Origin: Balanoglossus misakiensis
Lineage: Eukaryota; Animalia; Hemichordata
Reading direction: 5' to 3'
Length of the DNA stretch: 64,000 nucleotides
Assembly (NCBI GenBank): GCA_040954595.2
Contig: CM082588.2
Coordinates: 3,122,513 to 3,186,512, forward strand
A program made the translations under genes and the position numbers. The notes below the pieces were generated by a model. The model was not told where the DNA came from. It ran no database searches and worked only from the letters and a program-made list of their open reading frames with translations. Of the stretch, positions 52,753 through 64,000 are shown piece after piece. Positions within the stretch are counted from its first letter, which is position 1. Each line of letters begins with the position of its first letter.

Positions 52753-54031
52753 ATGATTTCCGCATTAGTTTTCATCGTTGCGACCGCCGCTCCGTTGGTC
52801 TTTGCCCAGTCCGGTAAATATCAAACCCTATACTTGCATTGTGTCGTTTTGTGTCGTTTTTAACTTTGTTGAATCACCCACGGTTCGTTACATCTCGATT
52901 CTTAAAGATGTAGAGCAATAATTAATGGGTCGAAATGTGATGTGTTAGATTTGGAGAAATTGGATGCTTGAAGATTTTTTCATTATGCGTATAGTATAAT
53001 AAATCTCTTTCTCTTAATTTCTCTCCCCCCCCCCCTCTCTCTCTCTCTGTCCGCCCATGTATCTCAGCCGAGTACACGCGGTGTGAATGCTACGATTACA
53101 ACATTCACTGTGGCCGAGAGACCTGGGAAGATGCGAGACAACTCTGCGAAGACGAAGGCGGCTGGTTGGCCACCATCGACACGCAAGATCTCTGGGATTC
53201 CCTGAAGGCCCAAGTGTACGCCAGCCACGAAATGGACTCTAATGCGTGTCACAACAAGGGATTCTGGATCGGCTTCCACGACCCGGACACCAACGCCGTC
53301 GGGGACACCGGGCACACCCCCGATGATTTCGAGTGGCTGCACCCGATGTGCGAGAGCTACGAGAACTGGGCAAACAACGAACCCAACGACAACACCAAGA
53401 AATCCGAATTTGGCCAAAACTGCGTGCAGTTATGGTGAGTACCTTTACCCCTTCATACATGTACGTGAAATCCATCAAAGTCTAAACGACATATGGCCAA
53501 CCAATAGAAGAGACCATCTTGCGTTTCGACGATTCAATTAATTAAGTAGTGGAACAGGTGTCCCTTATTTTATTTTGTGTCGGCTTGACAAGGAAACTCT
53601 TGACGCATATATATCCACATGTAGAATAACACAAACAGTGTCTTGTATCATGGAAAAAGGGCAGCGAGAGAGAGACTTTGTCCCTTTAATATTTGACAAA
53701 CATGAATCTATTTTTTCTCACAAAACTCTCTTATTTCACAAATACTTGCAGGTTCAGAAATAACAAGAATGGACAGTACGACGACGAGTACTGTTTTAGA
53801 GAGAAGGGATACATTTGCCAAGTGCCACTGGGTAAGTCTTGGATGACCTACCTGTCTTGCTGTTGTTCACTCAAAATGTTGGGATCTATATATATTTTGG
53901 GGGCTATTTCGTGACAGTTAGTCACGCAATGCTGACATTCAGACAGTCAGACCATTACACAGCAAAGCTAGTGTTAAATTGGATCACTGAATTGTTTTCT
54001 TCTTGCAGATAACTGTTCCTGTACGGACTAG
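52753..54031 (+). CDS. Secreted single-domain C-type lectin (EPN motif); exons 52753-52813, 53068-53434, 53752-53831, 54009-54031; 176 aa
   Basis: Signal MISALVFIVATAAPLVFA. TWEDARQLC..GGWLATI, FWIGF, FEW, NWANNEPND, NCVQL, YDDEYC..KGYICQ. Probable 5'UTR exon donor near 52495. Confidence 0.9.
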
Positions 54032-55658
54032 ACCATTGCTCCGCAAACAGAGAAGCGCCGCCACCAGACGTCTGGCGGTATTCATCTAGAGCTTCCACTG
54101 ATGATACTGCACAGCCAAATCACATCACACTTTTTATTCGCTCTTCCACAAGAAAATCTTTTTGTCTTTTTTGTTAACTCCTCCTTCGTCATCCCTGCAA
54201 TGAAGACAAGCCTTTCATGTCGAACGGGAATGAGAAAGATATTTCTCGGTCGCAATCGAAAAGCCGTAATCATGAAGACACGTTATTGGCACGGTTATGA
54301 AACAGAAGACTTGATTATTGTAACGTGACATGGTGGCAAGAATGACAGACCAATAACCTGCTTTTTTTCTTCTCTGATTTCTTTTCTTTCGGGTATGCAT
54401 TCCTTCACGTTGTGGTTCCCATTCAATGGTAAATAAAGCTTAATATAACAGCAAACGCTTTCGAGTTCTGTTTGTCATCGTTGATTACTGTATTCTGGTA
54501 GATGTTGGGATCAGGTAAAACGTGTGACGGTGCAGTTGATCATGTGAAGATCCCACTGAGTAAAGAAAACACACACACACAAACAGACGAGATATTGTGC
54601 TCTTTGCGGTATATATTTCACAACACATATTTTTTTCTCGGTTATTTACATATTTACTATTGCATGACCAACTTTAACTCCCTATACATACTTGATCGCA
54701 CTTGACTTGTCTAATTCCTGGGCAAGACATTTCACAAGTTCTGCGTTTACTCGCATCCCTTCTATGTGAGACCAATTCTCACTACCTTAAACGGGTTTTG
54801 CTCCCTAAGTGTGCGATAAAAATCTCATATGGTCGGATTTCAAGATGGCGAGAGAACAGAATTTTAAGACACAAAGAAGTAGTGAAATACAGGTCAAACG
54901 GGACAAACTGTCGTTGCTGTAAGAGTATCTCTTTCAGTCGTGTTGTCGAATCAGTTGCCATAGTTTCCCATGGGCAAACTTGGGCTGACTTACATACAGA
55001 AAATTGTAAAATTCATCATTTAACGCCCTTGGATTATGAAGGCCAATATAACTTGATTTAAACAATTTCCAGAGGTAACAGAGTTAGCGTAATCAGCCTC
55101 TAAATTGAATCATTGCCTACAAGAAAAATTCTCACTCTATGAATCGCCGGTAAATATAATTATATGCTGCCAAAGTGCTTTCCTTAAACTGATTTTCAAA
55201 AATCGTTGGGCGCTGGGTCAGTGACGCGAGTGATTTGAATACGCATGACAATTATGAACAGTAATGCAATGATTGGCCACAATCTGCTGTGTGATTTAAT
55301 CAAGATCCTCCCCTTTCAAATTAAACGAATTCGAGGTACATGAGATATCTCCAGTCGATCACCGAATCTGCCTTGTCAACGTATACATGTACGTTGTCCA
55401 ATGAGAAAACTTTAACATTGTTTAGTCTCTTGCTTCCAATCACGACACGGCAGCCATGGGTTTTGAGATTCGTTGAACTATACATCTTGACTTTAAAAGC
55501 GATTATCACGTGACATCGCTATGCATATATTTTGTTTTTCTATAACCGACAACAATCAAACAGGCTGAGACTACTATGATGGGGTCTAAGGCGCTACTTC
55601 TAATGTATACATGTACGCTGTCGTTGATTTTCAGACTTCGTCGGCTGCGAGTCGCTTG

Positions 55659-58600
55659 TCAGATGACGGAGGTTGGCATCGCTGCGGCCAAGAGACGGTC
55701 GATGCGTATAGGCTCACCGTCCCACACCGTGTCGTTTGCCTTGGAAAATACCGCTCGGTGATGACCCATCCCGGTGAAGTTAGCGGTCCCGATGACATCG
55801 TTGTTACCCAGGACAGGATCTGAAAAAAATACACAGGTGAGATTTATCGTGTTTAATGACGTTGCTGTTCTTGGAATTTCGTTGTGACGCAGGTAAAATG
55901 CACAATACAAATATCATCATCAAGTTTGTAACTTACCATCAACAAGCTGGTAAAGTTCCTTCTCGATGACAGTCCCCTCCTTATCAGCTGGTATCACGTC
56001 ATCTTCGAATACTTCTCCGTTGAGCTCTTCATTCAAACCCTGTCAGGATATAAAACACACACATTGGCATTGAGACTCAACATGGATTCCATTTCGATGC
56101 CTTGCTCTCAAATTGATATTTCCGGTTAAGTTTGCTCCCGGTAGCCTAAAGGATAAAAGCAAGCATTTGCTTGAATTGGATATGCTCGGATTTTGTGAAA
56201 AATTAGAACTTACCTTTTCTGTCACAACTGTAGAGTTGGTATCCACCATGTCCGGTTCCTCTGTGAACAGTATTATCTCAAAATCTGAGTTTTCGTTGCC
56301 TTTGTTGAATTGAACGACCGCTCGGATGGCGTGGCGCTGAATTAAGGGTGCTTGACGGCGTGTCATGGAAGCGTCGCGGCGGTAGGCGGTGGTTGACGCC
56401 CGTCGCATCACAGCTAGGTCGTGTGCTTGGACACGTCTTGTGTTGCTCGTCATCGCACGGCGGTCCATCGTACTGACCCTTCGGTCCAGTGATCGCCGCA
56501 TAGCGCCAGTGTTACGCGCAGTCAAGTCGCGTCTTGCTGGAGATGCGCTGCTGGCCATTCTCACCAGACCACCTGTTGCTCTGGTGATTTCAACCCGGCG
56601 GACGTTTGATGCTGCTCTCCGGTCGCGCAACGACTGTCGGCTCGAGCGAACTGACCTCCTTTCTCTGGTGTCTCTGCTCCGACTTAGCATCCTCCTGTTC
56701 ACGTCTGACCCCACGGGAAGTCTACCTTGTATGACGTTCGCCCTTCGCTCGATGGAATCTCGCCTGGTTGCCGTTCTCGCGCGGGTGTCAGCCAGCCTCG
56801 CCCGGGTTGTTGTACTCAGCCTTCGCTGGACGCCAGATCTGATGCCGTGGACAGATCGCCGATCTGCCTGTGACCTATTCAGGCGACGGGTCATCGCACC
56901 TGTGGTCACGCGCCTGGTCGAGTCCACGCTGCGTCGATCCATTACACTTCTTCGGGTGATGGTCGATCTGCGTAAACTGACCGGAACTGCGCGGCGTTCG
57001 CCGATTCTCTGCCTGGTTGTCGCCGTGCGTCTTTGAGTGTCACTTACTCGCATCGAATTTGATATTCTTCTCGTTCTGGTATCACTAGACCCGTCCACTC
57101 TTACCAATCTCGTGTTTGCGTTATTTCTTGTGGCCGTTAACGTTGCCCTGTTTCGCTGATTACCCATTCGTCTCGCCCTGTTGTCGACTGAGTTTCTCCT
57201 CTGCCCGATTCTTGCCATCTCGCCCCTTTGCTGGCGTACCGATCTCCGCAGGCTGTTGGAATTTGCCGTTGCCCGTCTTCCGATGATAGTTGGACTTCTG
57301 CGGTCAGACGAAAGCCTCCTGTTGGCTTCGATTCTGTTCACTCGCGGCTTCAACGCGATTCTTCTCCGGGAGTCGCTTCTTGTAACTCGCCTTGCCAGAT
57401 CAGCTTGTCGCACCACCGCGACTCTCCGCTCCCTGACCGACCTTCTTGTTGACAACCTGTTCGCCCGGTCGGCGTTGAATCTCCGTGCTGCCGACCCCAC
57501 CGATCTCTGTCCCGGCGATGTTCTCCGTTCCACTATGGTCACGCGCCTTTGCGGGAGGTTATCGTTTCTTGCCGTGCTTGATCTTCGGGTCAGTGACTGC
57601 GACCTTCTGTCCCGTGAAAGTACGGCCCTGCGTTCCATCGATGATCGTCTCACCAAACTCGTTTCTCTTCTGCTACTGCCGTCTCTCATTCTCAGCGATG
57701 TTCTGCGCTCCACACTTGTACGCAAAGACGTGCTTCTTCGGTAATCGGCCGATCGTCTCTCTGAAGGGCTCCTCCTGGTGGACACGACCCTCATCTCTCG
57801 GACGTCTCTCCTGACAGTGGACACGGGTCGTCTCTGCGTTGTACTCTGCCTGACAGGCGAGACTGTCCGCCTGTCTGTCGCATCCCGCCTGACTGCCGAG
57901 ACAGCACGCACATCCCTGGTGTCTCTCCTTGAAACCCGTGTCGACCGTCTGTGTAGTGTTGACCGCACTCTGGTAGCTAACCTTTCGTTCCCTTCTCTTC
58001 GTGTCGCTGACACTGACCGCCTGTTGACATCTCTTCTCAAAGCTACTGTGCCTGAACGCCGCTCCACTGCCGACACCGTCCTGCCGGGCAATCTCTCATA
58101 CCGCCCCGTCCGTACTTGTGGTAGAGACCGACGCTGCCCCAGCGTTCTTCTCGTGGCTGGCGAAAGTCTGGTACCCTCAGATTTTCTCCTTGACGTCACC
58201 GATACGACTCTTCTGTCCGCCCTCGTGGAGAGCCGCGCGCGGTTCATTTCTCTTCTCGCGCTGTTTGCGTCCCATCTTTCCGGAGATACTCTTCGATAAC
58301 CTGATGAAATGACCCGTCTGCCTGTGCTTCCAGTCCGAACACGGTTGTCGGGAATACCCAGCCTAACAACTCTGCGACCAACGCCGACATCGGTCGACTG
58401 CCTTCTATCGAGACTGACACCAACTCTAACCGCCGATGAAACCCTTCTCGTCTGCATCCCATCGAGACGCCGCGCGGCCACATCCCCGACCCTCCTGGTC
58501 GGCGACACACTCACCGCCGCCCGTTTCCTGACCACCTCCGGTCCGGTCAGCCTTCCCACGGACTCTCGATTCGCTAGCCGGACATTTCTGCGATGGACGT

Positions 58601-58682
58601 CGGCATCTGCGCTAACCAGAGCAGCAAGCGCGATAATCGCCAGCGAGGCAACTACAATCAGTTCACAAGTCCAAAACTTCAT
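55659..58682 (-). CDS. Uncharacterised secreted Arg/Ser/Thr/Val-rich low-complexity protein with acidic C-terminal domain; exons 56214-58682, 55937-56039, 55659-55819; 910 aa
   Basis: Signal peptide MKFWTCELIVVASLAIIALAALVSA. 2.47-kb open first exon ending AAG|GTAAGT. Two further exons with canonical sites join in frame (total 2733 nt). Confidence 0.75.
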
Positions 58683-60326
58683 TTTCTGAACCCAGCTGAA
58701 GCAACAGCACTGCAGCTAAGAACACGTTCAGTCGACAAACAGTCTTGCCGAAATACTCTCTGCCGAAGGATGTGGCGCTTTTATCTGAAAAGCGAGACAC
58801 AAATAACCACTGACAGACGGGGAGAAAATTAACCCGCCAGATTATCAGCTTGCTTGTTTCCAAGTCAACCAAAGGGCTCAATAATGGCGGGTTTGTCGGA
58901 TAATGGGACGGAAATTAAGGTTAAAATTACCCCTTGTCTGTGGGCAGACTCCAAACACAGCGCGCCATTTCAGCTCTATAGTGTGTCGAAAATTAAGTCT
59001 CCTAACGCTGTTAGGAATATCGCTTATCGGGTAATATAAATGAATGAAATCTAGCCAACAAATATCATTACGCTCCTCCTTATCGTTCATAAAAATATGC
59101 AGAGCGATGGAAGGTGAGCAGGCCGTTTATTGGCACCTGCGTCATGCGACCCTTTACGTGCTAATTACGTGGAACAGATGCCGACGAAGGCACGGAGCGG
59201 GCGAGCGGGCGGATTTAACAAGCTCCGCTGATTTCCAACCGGATGTCATTTACAACATTTGAGAATGTAGCGTTATGAGTTTTGGACTGTAACTTCGAGC
59301 GGGAACGGCGGTAGCAACAGGCAAATTGCCCGTTTCTCCACGTTTTTCTCTCTCCCCTTTTTGCAATTTCACAGACTTCATGAAGCTGTGTAATCGCAGG
59401 AGTGGAAAGTTTGGTTTGATTAGTGGATTCGGTGCAGGGTGATTGGGAAACGACAGGAAGTGACGTACGGGGTTTGATTCACGGAAAGTTGATCTTTGCT
59501 GTGTTAACATTTGGATTAAATTGAAATCGTTCGGTTCTTCGTTCAATGAATAATTCATCGTAACACGCAGAATACCTTTCCAGTAAATTCAGTCATGTTT
59601 TATTTTCTTGTGGCTTGGTCAAGCTTTGGTTTGCATGGGAAGGACTTTTTGAAAGACGGAGAATATCCGGATACGGTTTTTAAGGAAATTTCCGACTCGA
59701 GACTTGCCAATGTACGAAGAGCAAACACTCCGAAAATCCAGATCTAGATCACTGATTTGTTTTCATTAACTGTCTTAGAGTCTTCGTTTTTATACAAGTC
59801 ATGCCTGAATCCGAAATACAACCCCCTTAATAACCCCCTCCCCCGTTGTCATGGTGAAAACGAATGCCGATGAATATTTCGCTCGGGCATGGAGATAAAC
59901 ACGCGTCAAATTGATGTAATTTCCTGCTCGTTATCGATGACGTGGTTCCGCAATTGCATTGCCCAAGGCATTTCTAATATAGTCAGCGCTTTGTCATTTA
60001 ATAAAAAGAACACGTGTTCACAACAAGGGCACACAATGCAGAATACATATTGGAAACTTTGGGCCGATTGGTGGAGATGGCTAATTAGCAGTGGCTTTCG
60101 TCTGTGTTCCGTAGACACAGTTACCGAATCCGACGGCGAGCATCGAAAGCGGAACTGAATATATAATATGGGATGAATGAAGAGGGCTCACACTTAAGCA
60201 CATACAAAATTGCTGTAAAACCGAAGTACATTTACCGAAAAAATATTCTCAAATTCATCACATAACCTATAGCCGCTATACATTGTACAAGTATTTATCG
60301 GTGACGTATATGCGTGTGTGTATTAT

Positions 60327-63063
60327 TCAAGGCAGCGACTTCGCAGCGATGACCATGTTGGCGAGTTTTTGTCTCAGGATGTTCCGCGGCAGAAGTCCGA
60401 GGCCGCAGTCGGGCGCCACAATCAAACGATCGGCCGAGATGTGTTTCAGCGCCTCCGTCAGTCGGTCTCGTATCTCCTCAACCGTTTCGACGCGACTCTT
60501 GGCGATGGCGATGACGCCAAAGACGACTTTGGATATCTTGAAGTGACTAAGGAGAGTCAAGTCGTTGAGTTGGTGCGCGTCTTCGATTGATACTGCAAAG
60601 AAATTGTCAGAAAGATCTGATAAGACGAGCGCAATGACATCATTGGACAGTCTTGTTTCAGTGCGCAGAATTGCATTGGTAACCAAAATAACGGCAACAC
60701 TAAGATGTTTTGCCCCTTGCAATCAATCAACCTTCTGCATTTCCCTTCCCCCTAATTTATCTATAATTAGCAATTCATGGTATTCGTACTTGCATCAAAC
60801 CCGGCTTTGTCCAATCTCTCCGCTAACTGGAAGTAAATTTTTCGATCAGCCTTCAGGTAATCTGTTTGGTCCTGTTGTGGAATATGAATGAAAACACTGT
60901 GAATCAGCAACAAAATTATTTTATCTTTGTCAATTTTTTGTCATGACTCGATATTGAATTGTTAAGCAAATTTCAAAGACTGGATAGAATGAAAGGCTAT
61001 TGAAAGAAAAGTCACTCACTAAATACAGAGGGTATCCACAGCAGATGTGAACTGTTTTCATCACTTCGGGACCTACTCCCTCGAAACATCTGGCTGCGTG
61101 GTCTATACCATAGTCCAGCGCTACCTCCGGGTTCCTCACCATGACGGGCTCGTCGAGCTGTATATGCCGGCACCCTGTGTCAGTGGTTGGAGTCAGTGAA
61201 ATATTGAGATGTTGTTTCCACCAATACTGTTATATTCAGAAGATAAACTAGACAGCTCTCTGATTGTCCGAGTTAATGAACGTACCTGCTTTAGCCAACC
61301 CTTTGATATGTTCGTTGACTGCTTTGATGAGGTCTTCACTCAATTCTTTGTTGTCCGTGTAAAATTCATCTGTGACGTAAATAAAAACGAACATACATTT
61401 ATTGAAACAACGCTCATGGCTGTAAATCATGCGGGATGAAAAACGAATGTACAGCTGCAATTTCTATATGTCGAATTTTGCTTTGGTTTGCATGCCTCTC
61501 TCATGAATTACTAAAATTAAAATTGATATGCTTACTGACCAAAGATGGCTTCTCTTTACAGGAACACGAGGAACGTATAATTAGAGGCAAAAATACCAAA
61601 AAATCACCAATAACGATTCAGACGAAATGTGCCCACTCCAGACGGGAAACATAAAACGTCAAGAACAAATGTGTCTCTCTGAAGCTGCCCTGAAAGGACT
61701 GATGGCTGAACAACGAAAACGTGAGTCCAATGTTTACTTACTATGAGTGGATCCCATGATGGTCATTGGTCCCGGTACAGTGTATTTCACTGGCACGCTA
61801 GACATTTCCTTTGATATTACAGAGGAGATGTAAGTTTATGTCACATGACATAGACAAATTCTAAGTAAAGGTACATGTATGCTGACACATGTCAGCGCAC
61901 ACTCGCCCTGGACGTCTGTGAACAACGGCCAGATGTGTGATAAAAATAACTAGTGTGTGGTGTGTCCCCTAAAATACCGAATTACTTAAAGACAAAAAGT
62001 GTCCGCTGTCTCACCTGTGCTACCTTCCATTCCCGAGTAGCCCAATCGTCGCTGTTTTTTAAACCTACAAATAGTAAGAAAACAAAAACAGCGCCGAAAA
62101 CTATAAAAAAAATTCTGGGGCAAGACACTTGTCGGAAATCATGCTAAACATCGTTGGAATATTGGCTTTTTATTAGAATATTAGAAATCGCACTGGTATG
62201 GTGCACCGTGTTTAAGTAATGACAAGCTTGAAATCATCTAATCTTACCGAGTTTTCTGACAATGCGGGGCAGAGGGGCGGTGATGGCGCCGTTACGATAC
62301 GTCTTCATTATAAGATTATCGAAATCGAAGCCCCCAACATGACGACTGAAATGCAACGAGGGAAAAAAGGGATCAAGTTCCCCGATGTCCCACTGATACG
62401 CTCAAACATCTACAGTATGGAAAGTTTAGTGACCCAGTCTGAGAACAGCAAGCAAATAGATATAGCAAAAACACAACAGTCTAGCAGCCTGGATTACGTG
62501 AACTTTGAACTGTAGCCTGATTTTGTGACTAGCACTGAATCTCGTGATATGCATCTAGTAATGATAGATTACATTTATCAGTGACAAATGCATAAGCACA
62601 AATGCTTTGTCCCGTTGTTTTCTTACCAGAAGTGATATATGTAATTCTCCCTCCTCATCTCACCATCGGTGACAACGTCGATTCCCGCTTCAATCTGCTC
62701 ATTAAGAACTTCTTTGGTCGCTGCTTTGGTTTCCTCCTCCAGTCCTATGTAAATAGACGTGTTTTGAGATTTGGCTGGTTCAGATACTTGCTGCACCACC
62801 CTTTGTAGATTTGGGGTGTTAAAACATACAAGAACACTTTGCTCCATACAGGGTTTATAAGAATGACAGTTGAGCTGAGGCAACAGAGGGTCATGGCCGA
62901 TCGTGTCACGATGCAGCTTACCTTGTTCGTCTTGGTCGTCGCGGAATGCGGAGAAAGCGGAGGGCGTGTATTTGTCACGGCGGTGGGATATGTTGAACCA
63001 GTCAGGGATCTTCAAATTGGCCGGTTTGGGGTAACTGCCCACTACGGTTGTCTGCAGGGGCAT
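60327..63063 (-). CDS. Single-barrel cobalamin-independent methionine-synthase-like protein (Meth_synt_2 domain only); exons 62922-63063, 62627-62744, 62248-62345, 62015-62064, 61742-61808, 61286-61369, 61020-61174, 60790-60871, 60327-60592; 353 aa
   Basis: TTVVGSYPKP, QIEAGIDVVTDGEMRRENY, PVKYTVPGPMT, GCRHIQLDEP, Zn-ligand motifs HICCGY, SIE and PDCGL. All nine exons splice GT-AG in frame. Confidence 0.9.
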
Positions 63064-63688
63064 AGTGCTGGACAAAAAGAGACAATATTCGGAGTTCTTA
63101 CTGGACTGCGGGCTCCGCACAATCTTGTCCGCACGGTGACCAACGACCTGCACGTCAAATATTCCCTTTGTTGTGCGTGCGGTTCCATATCTTTTCGATA
63201 ATCTATAATTGATACGCAGTTTACTTGAAGACTTGTTGCTTTGATTTCTTGAAATTTATGCGGCCCTAGTCAGGAAGGGGTCAAAGTCCAAGAGACTTTT
63301 CTGTGATAGCATTCGCCACCTTATTCAGATGTGACACTGAAAACATGATGCGTTATGACTCACATAACAATGAGACAAATGTAAACGAGTTCAGAAGAGT
63401 TAATTTTTTTATTTTCCATCAAATATAACTCGCTTCTGACGGTGATGGCGGTGTTTATAGCGGGCAGTAGAGGAGGTAAAAACATTATAAGCTTAAAATT
63501 GCAGATATTATTATCACAACACTCATTGTATCACTTATCCGAGCCGTTACTTAAAATACACGCACTGCAGGAAAATTCAGGAAGTCCGCGATACAATTCT
63601 GAACTAAACAACATGGATGAAAAACTCTGTTGACTCAAGTAAGTACATCTCGACAGTTGAGAGCGGCAACGTCAAATCAGCGCGGAGA

Positions 63689-63954
63689 TCAAGACAGGGA
63701 CTTGGCAGCAATGGCCATGTTCGTTATCTTCTGTTTCAGAATATTCCTCGGCAAGAACCCCAGACCGCAGTCGGGCGCCACCACCAGTCGCTCGGCGGGG
63801 ATGTGCTCCAGCGCCTCGGCCAGTCGCTTCTGTATCTCCTCCACCGTCTCCACTCGACTCTTCGCCACGTCGACGACACCCAGAACAACTTTGGACTTCT
63901 TGAAATGCTCCAGCAGAGTCAGATCGTTGTGTCTGTGAGCATCTTCGATGGAGA
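63689..63954 (-). CDS. Last exon of a second, tandem Meth_synt_2-like paralog (rest lies beyond the window)
   Basis: SIEDAHRHNDLTLLEHFKKSKVVLGVVDVAKSRVETVEEIQKRLAEALEHIPAERLVVAPDCGLGFLPRNILKQKITNMAIAAKSLS*. Same 266-nt length and phase as exon 60327-60592. Confidence 0.88.
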
Positions 63955-64000
63955 CTGTGAAAATGCATACAAGAAAAAAGGTGTAAATACAATCGTGTAT

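Noticed and set aside
56043-56213. ORF-track C-terminus of the 879-aa protein (VSSNFSQ…CFIS)
   Set aside because: Read-through into an intron. AAG|GTAAGT at 56214 and two downstream in-frame exons give a better model
56389-58689. Several long + strand ORFs (215, 187, 173, 126 aa)
   Set aside because: Antisense shadows of the Arg-rich gene. The minus frame has the signal peptide, a 2.47-kb open frame and valid splice sites
60327-64000. Bacterial contamination as the source of the MetE-like genes
   Set aside because: Eight spliceosomal GT-AG introns interrupt the ORF, and the sequence is contiguous with animal genes

Overview
Eukaryotic, intron-dense animal genomic DNA with compact GT-AG introns. 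Gene content and repeats suggest a marine invertebrate, possibly a deuterostome such as a hemichordate or amphioxus; this is inference. The left ~46 kb is a tightly packed block of conserved genes: two convergent TMEM35/NACHO-family paralogs, WDR3/UTP12, a stand-alone YccV/HspQ-domain gene, USP16/45, CCDC81 and an RNF17/Qin-like RING-B-box-5xTudor gene. Six of these form three head-to-head pairs. The right ~18 kb looks accessory: two tandem 4-Ig-domain receptors with intronless CDS, a secreted EPN C-type lectin, a ~910-aa secreted extremely Arg-rich protein with an acidic tail, and tandem intron-containing copies of a single-barrel cobalamin-independent methionine-synthase-like (Meth_synt_2) gene. 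The best novelty candidates are the Meth_synt_2 genes, the Arg-rich protein, the Ig pair with complementary signalling tails, and a putative 3-nt microexon plus an alternative exon in CCDC81. Exon models were spliced by hand and no database search was run.
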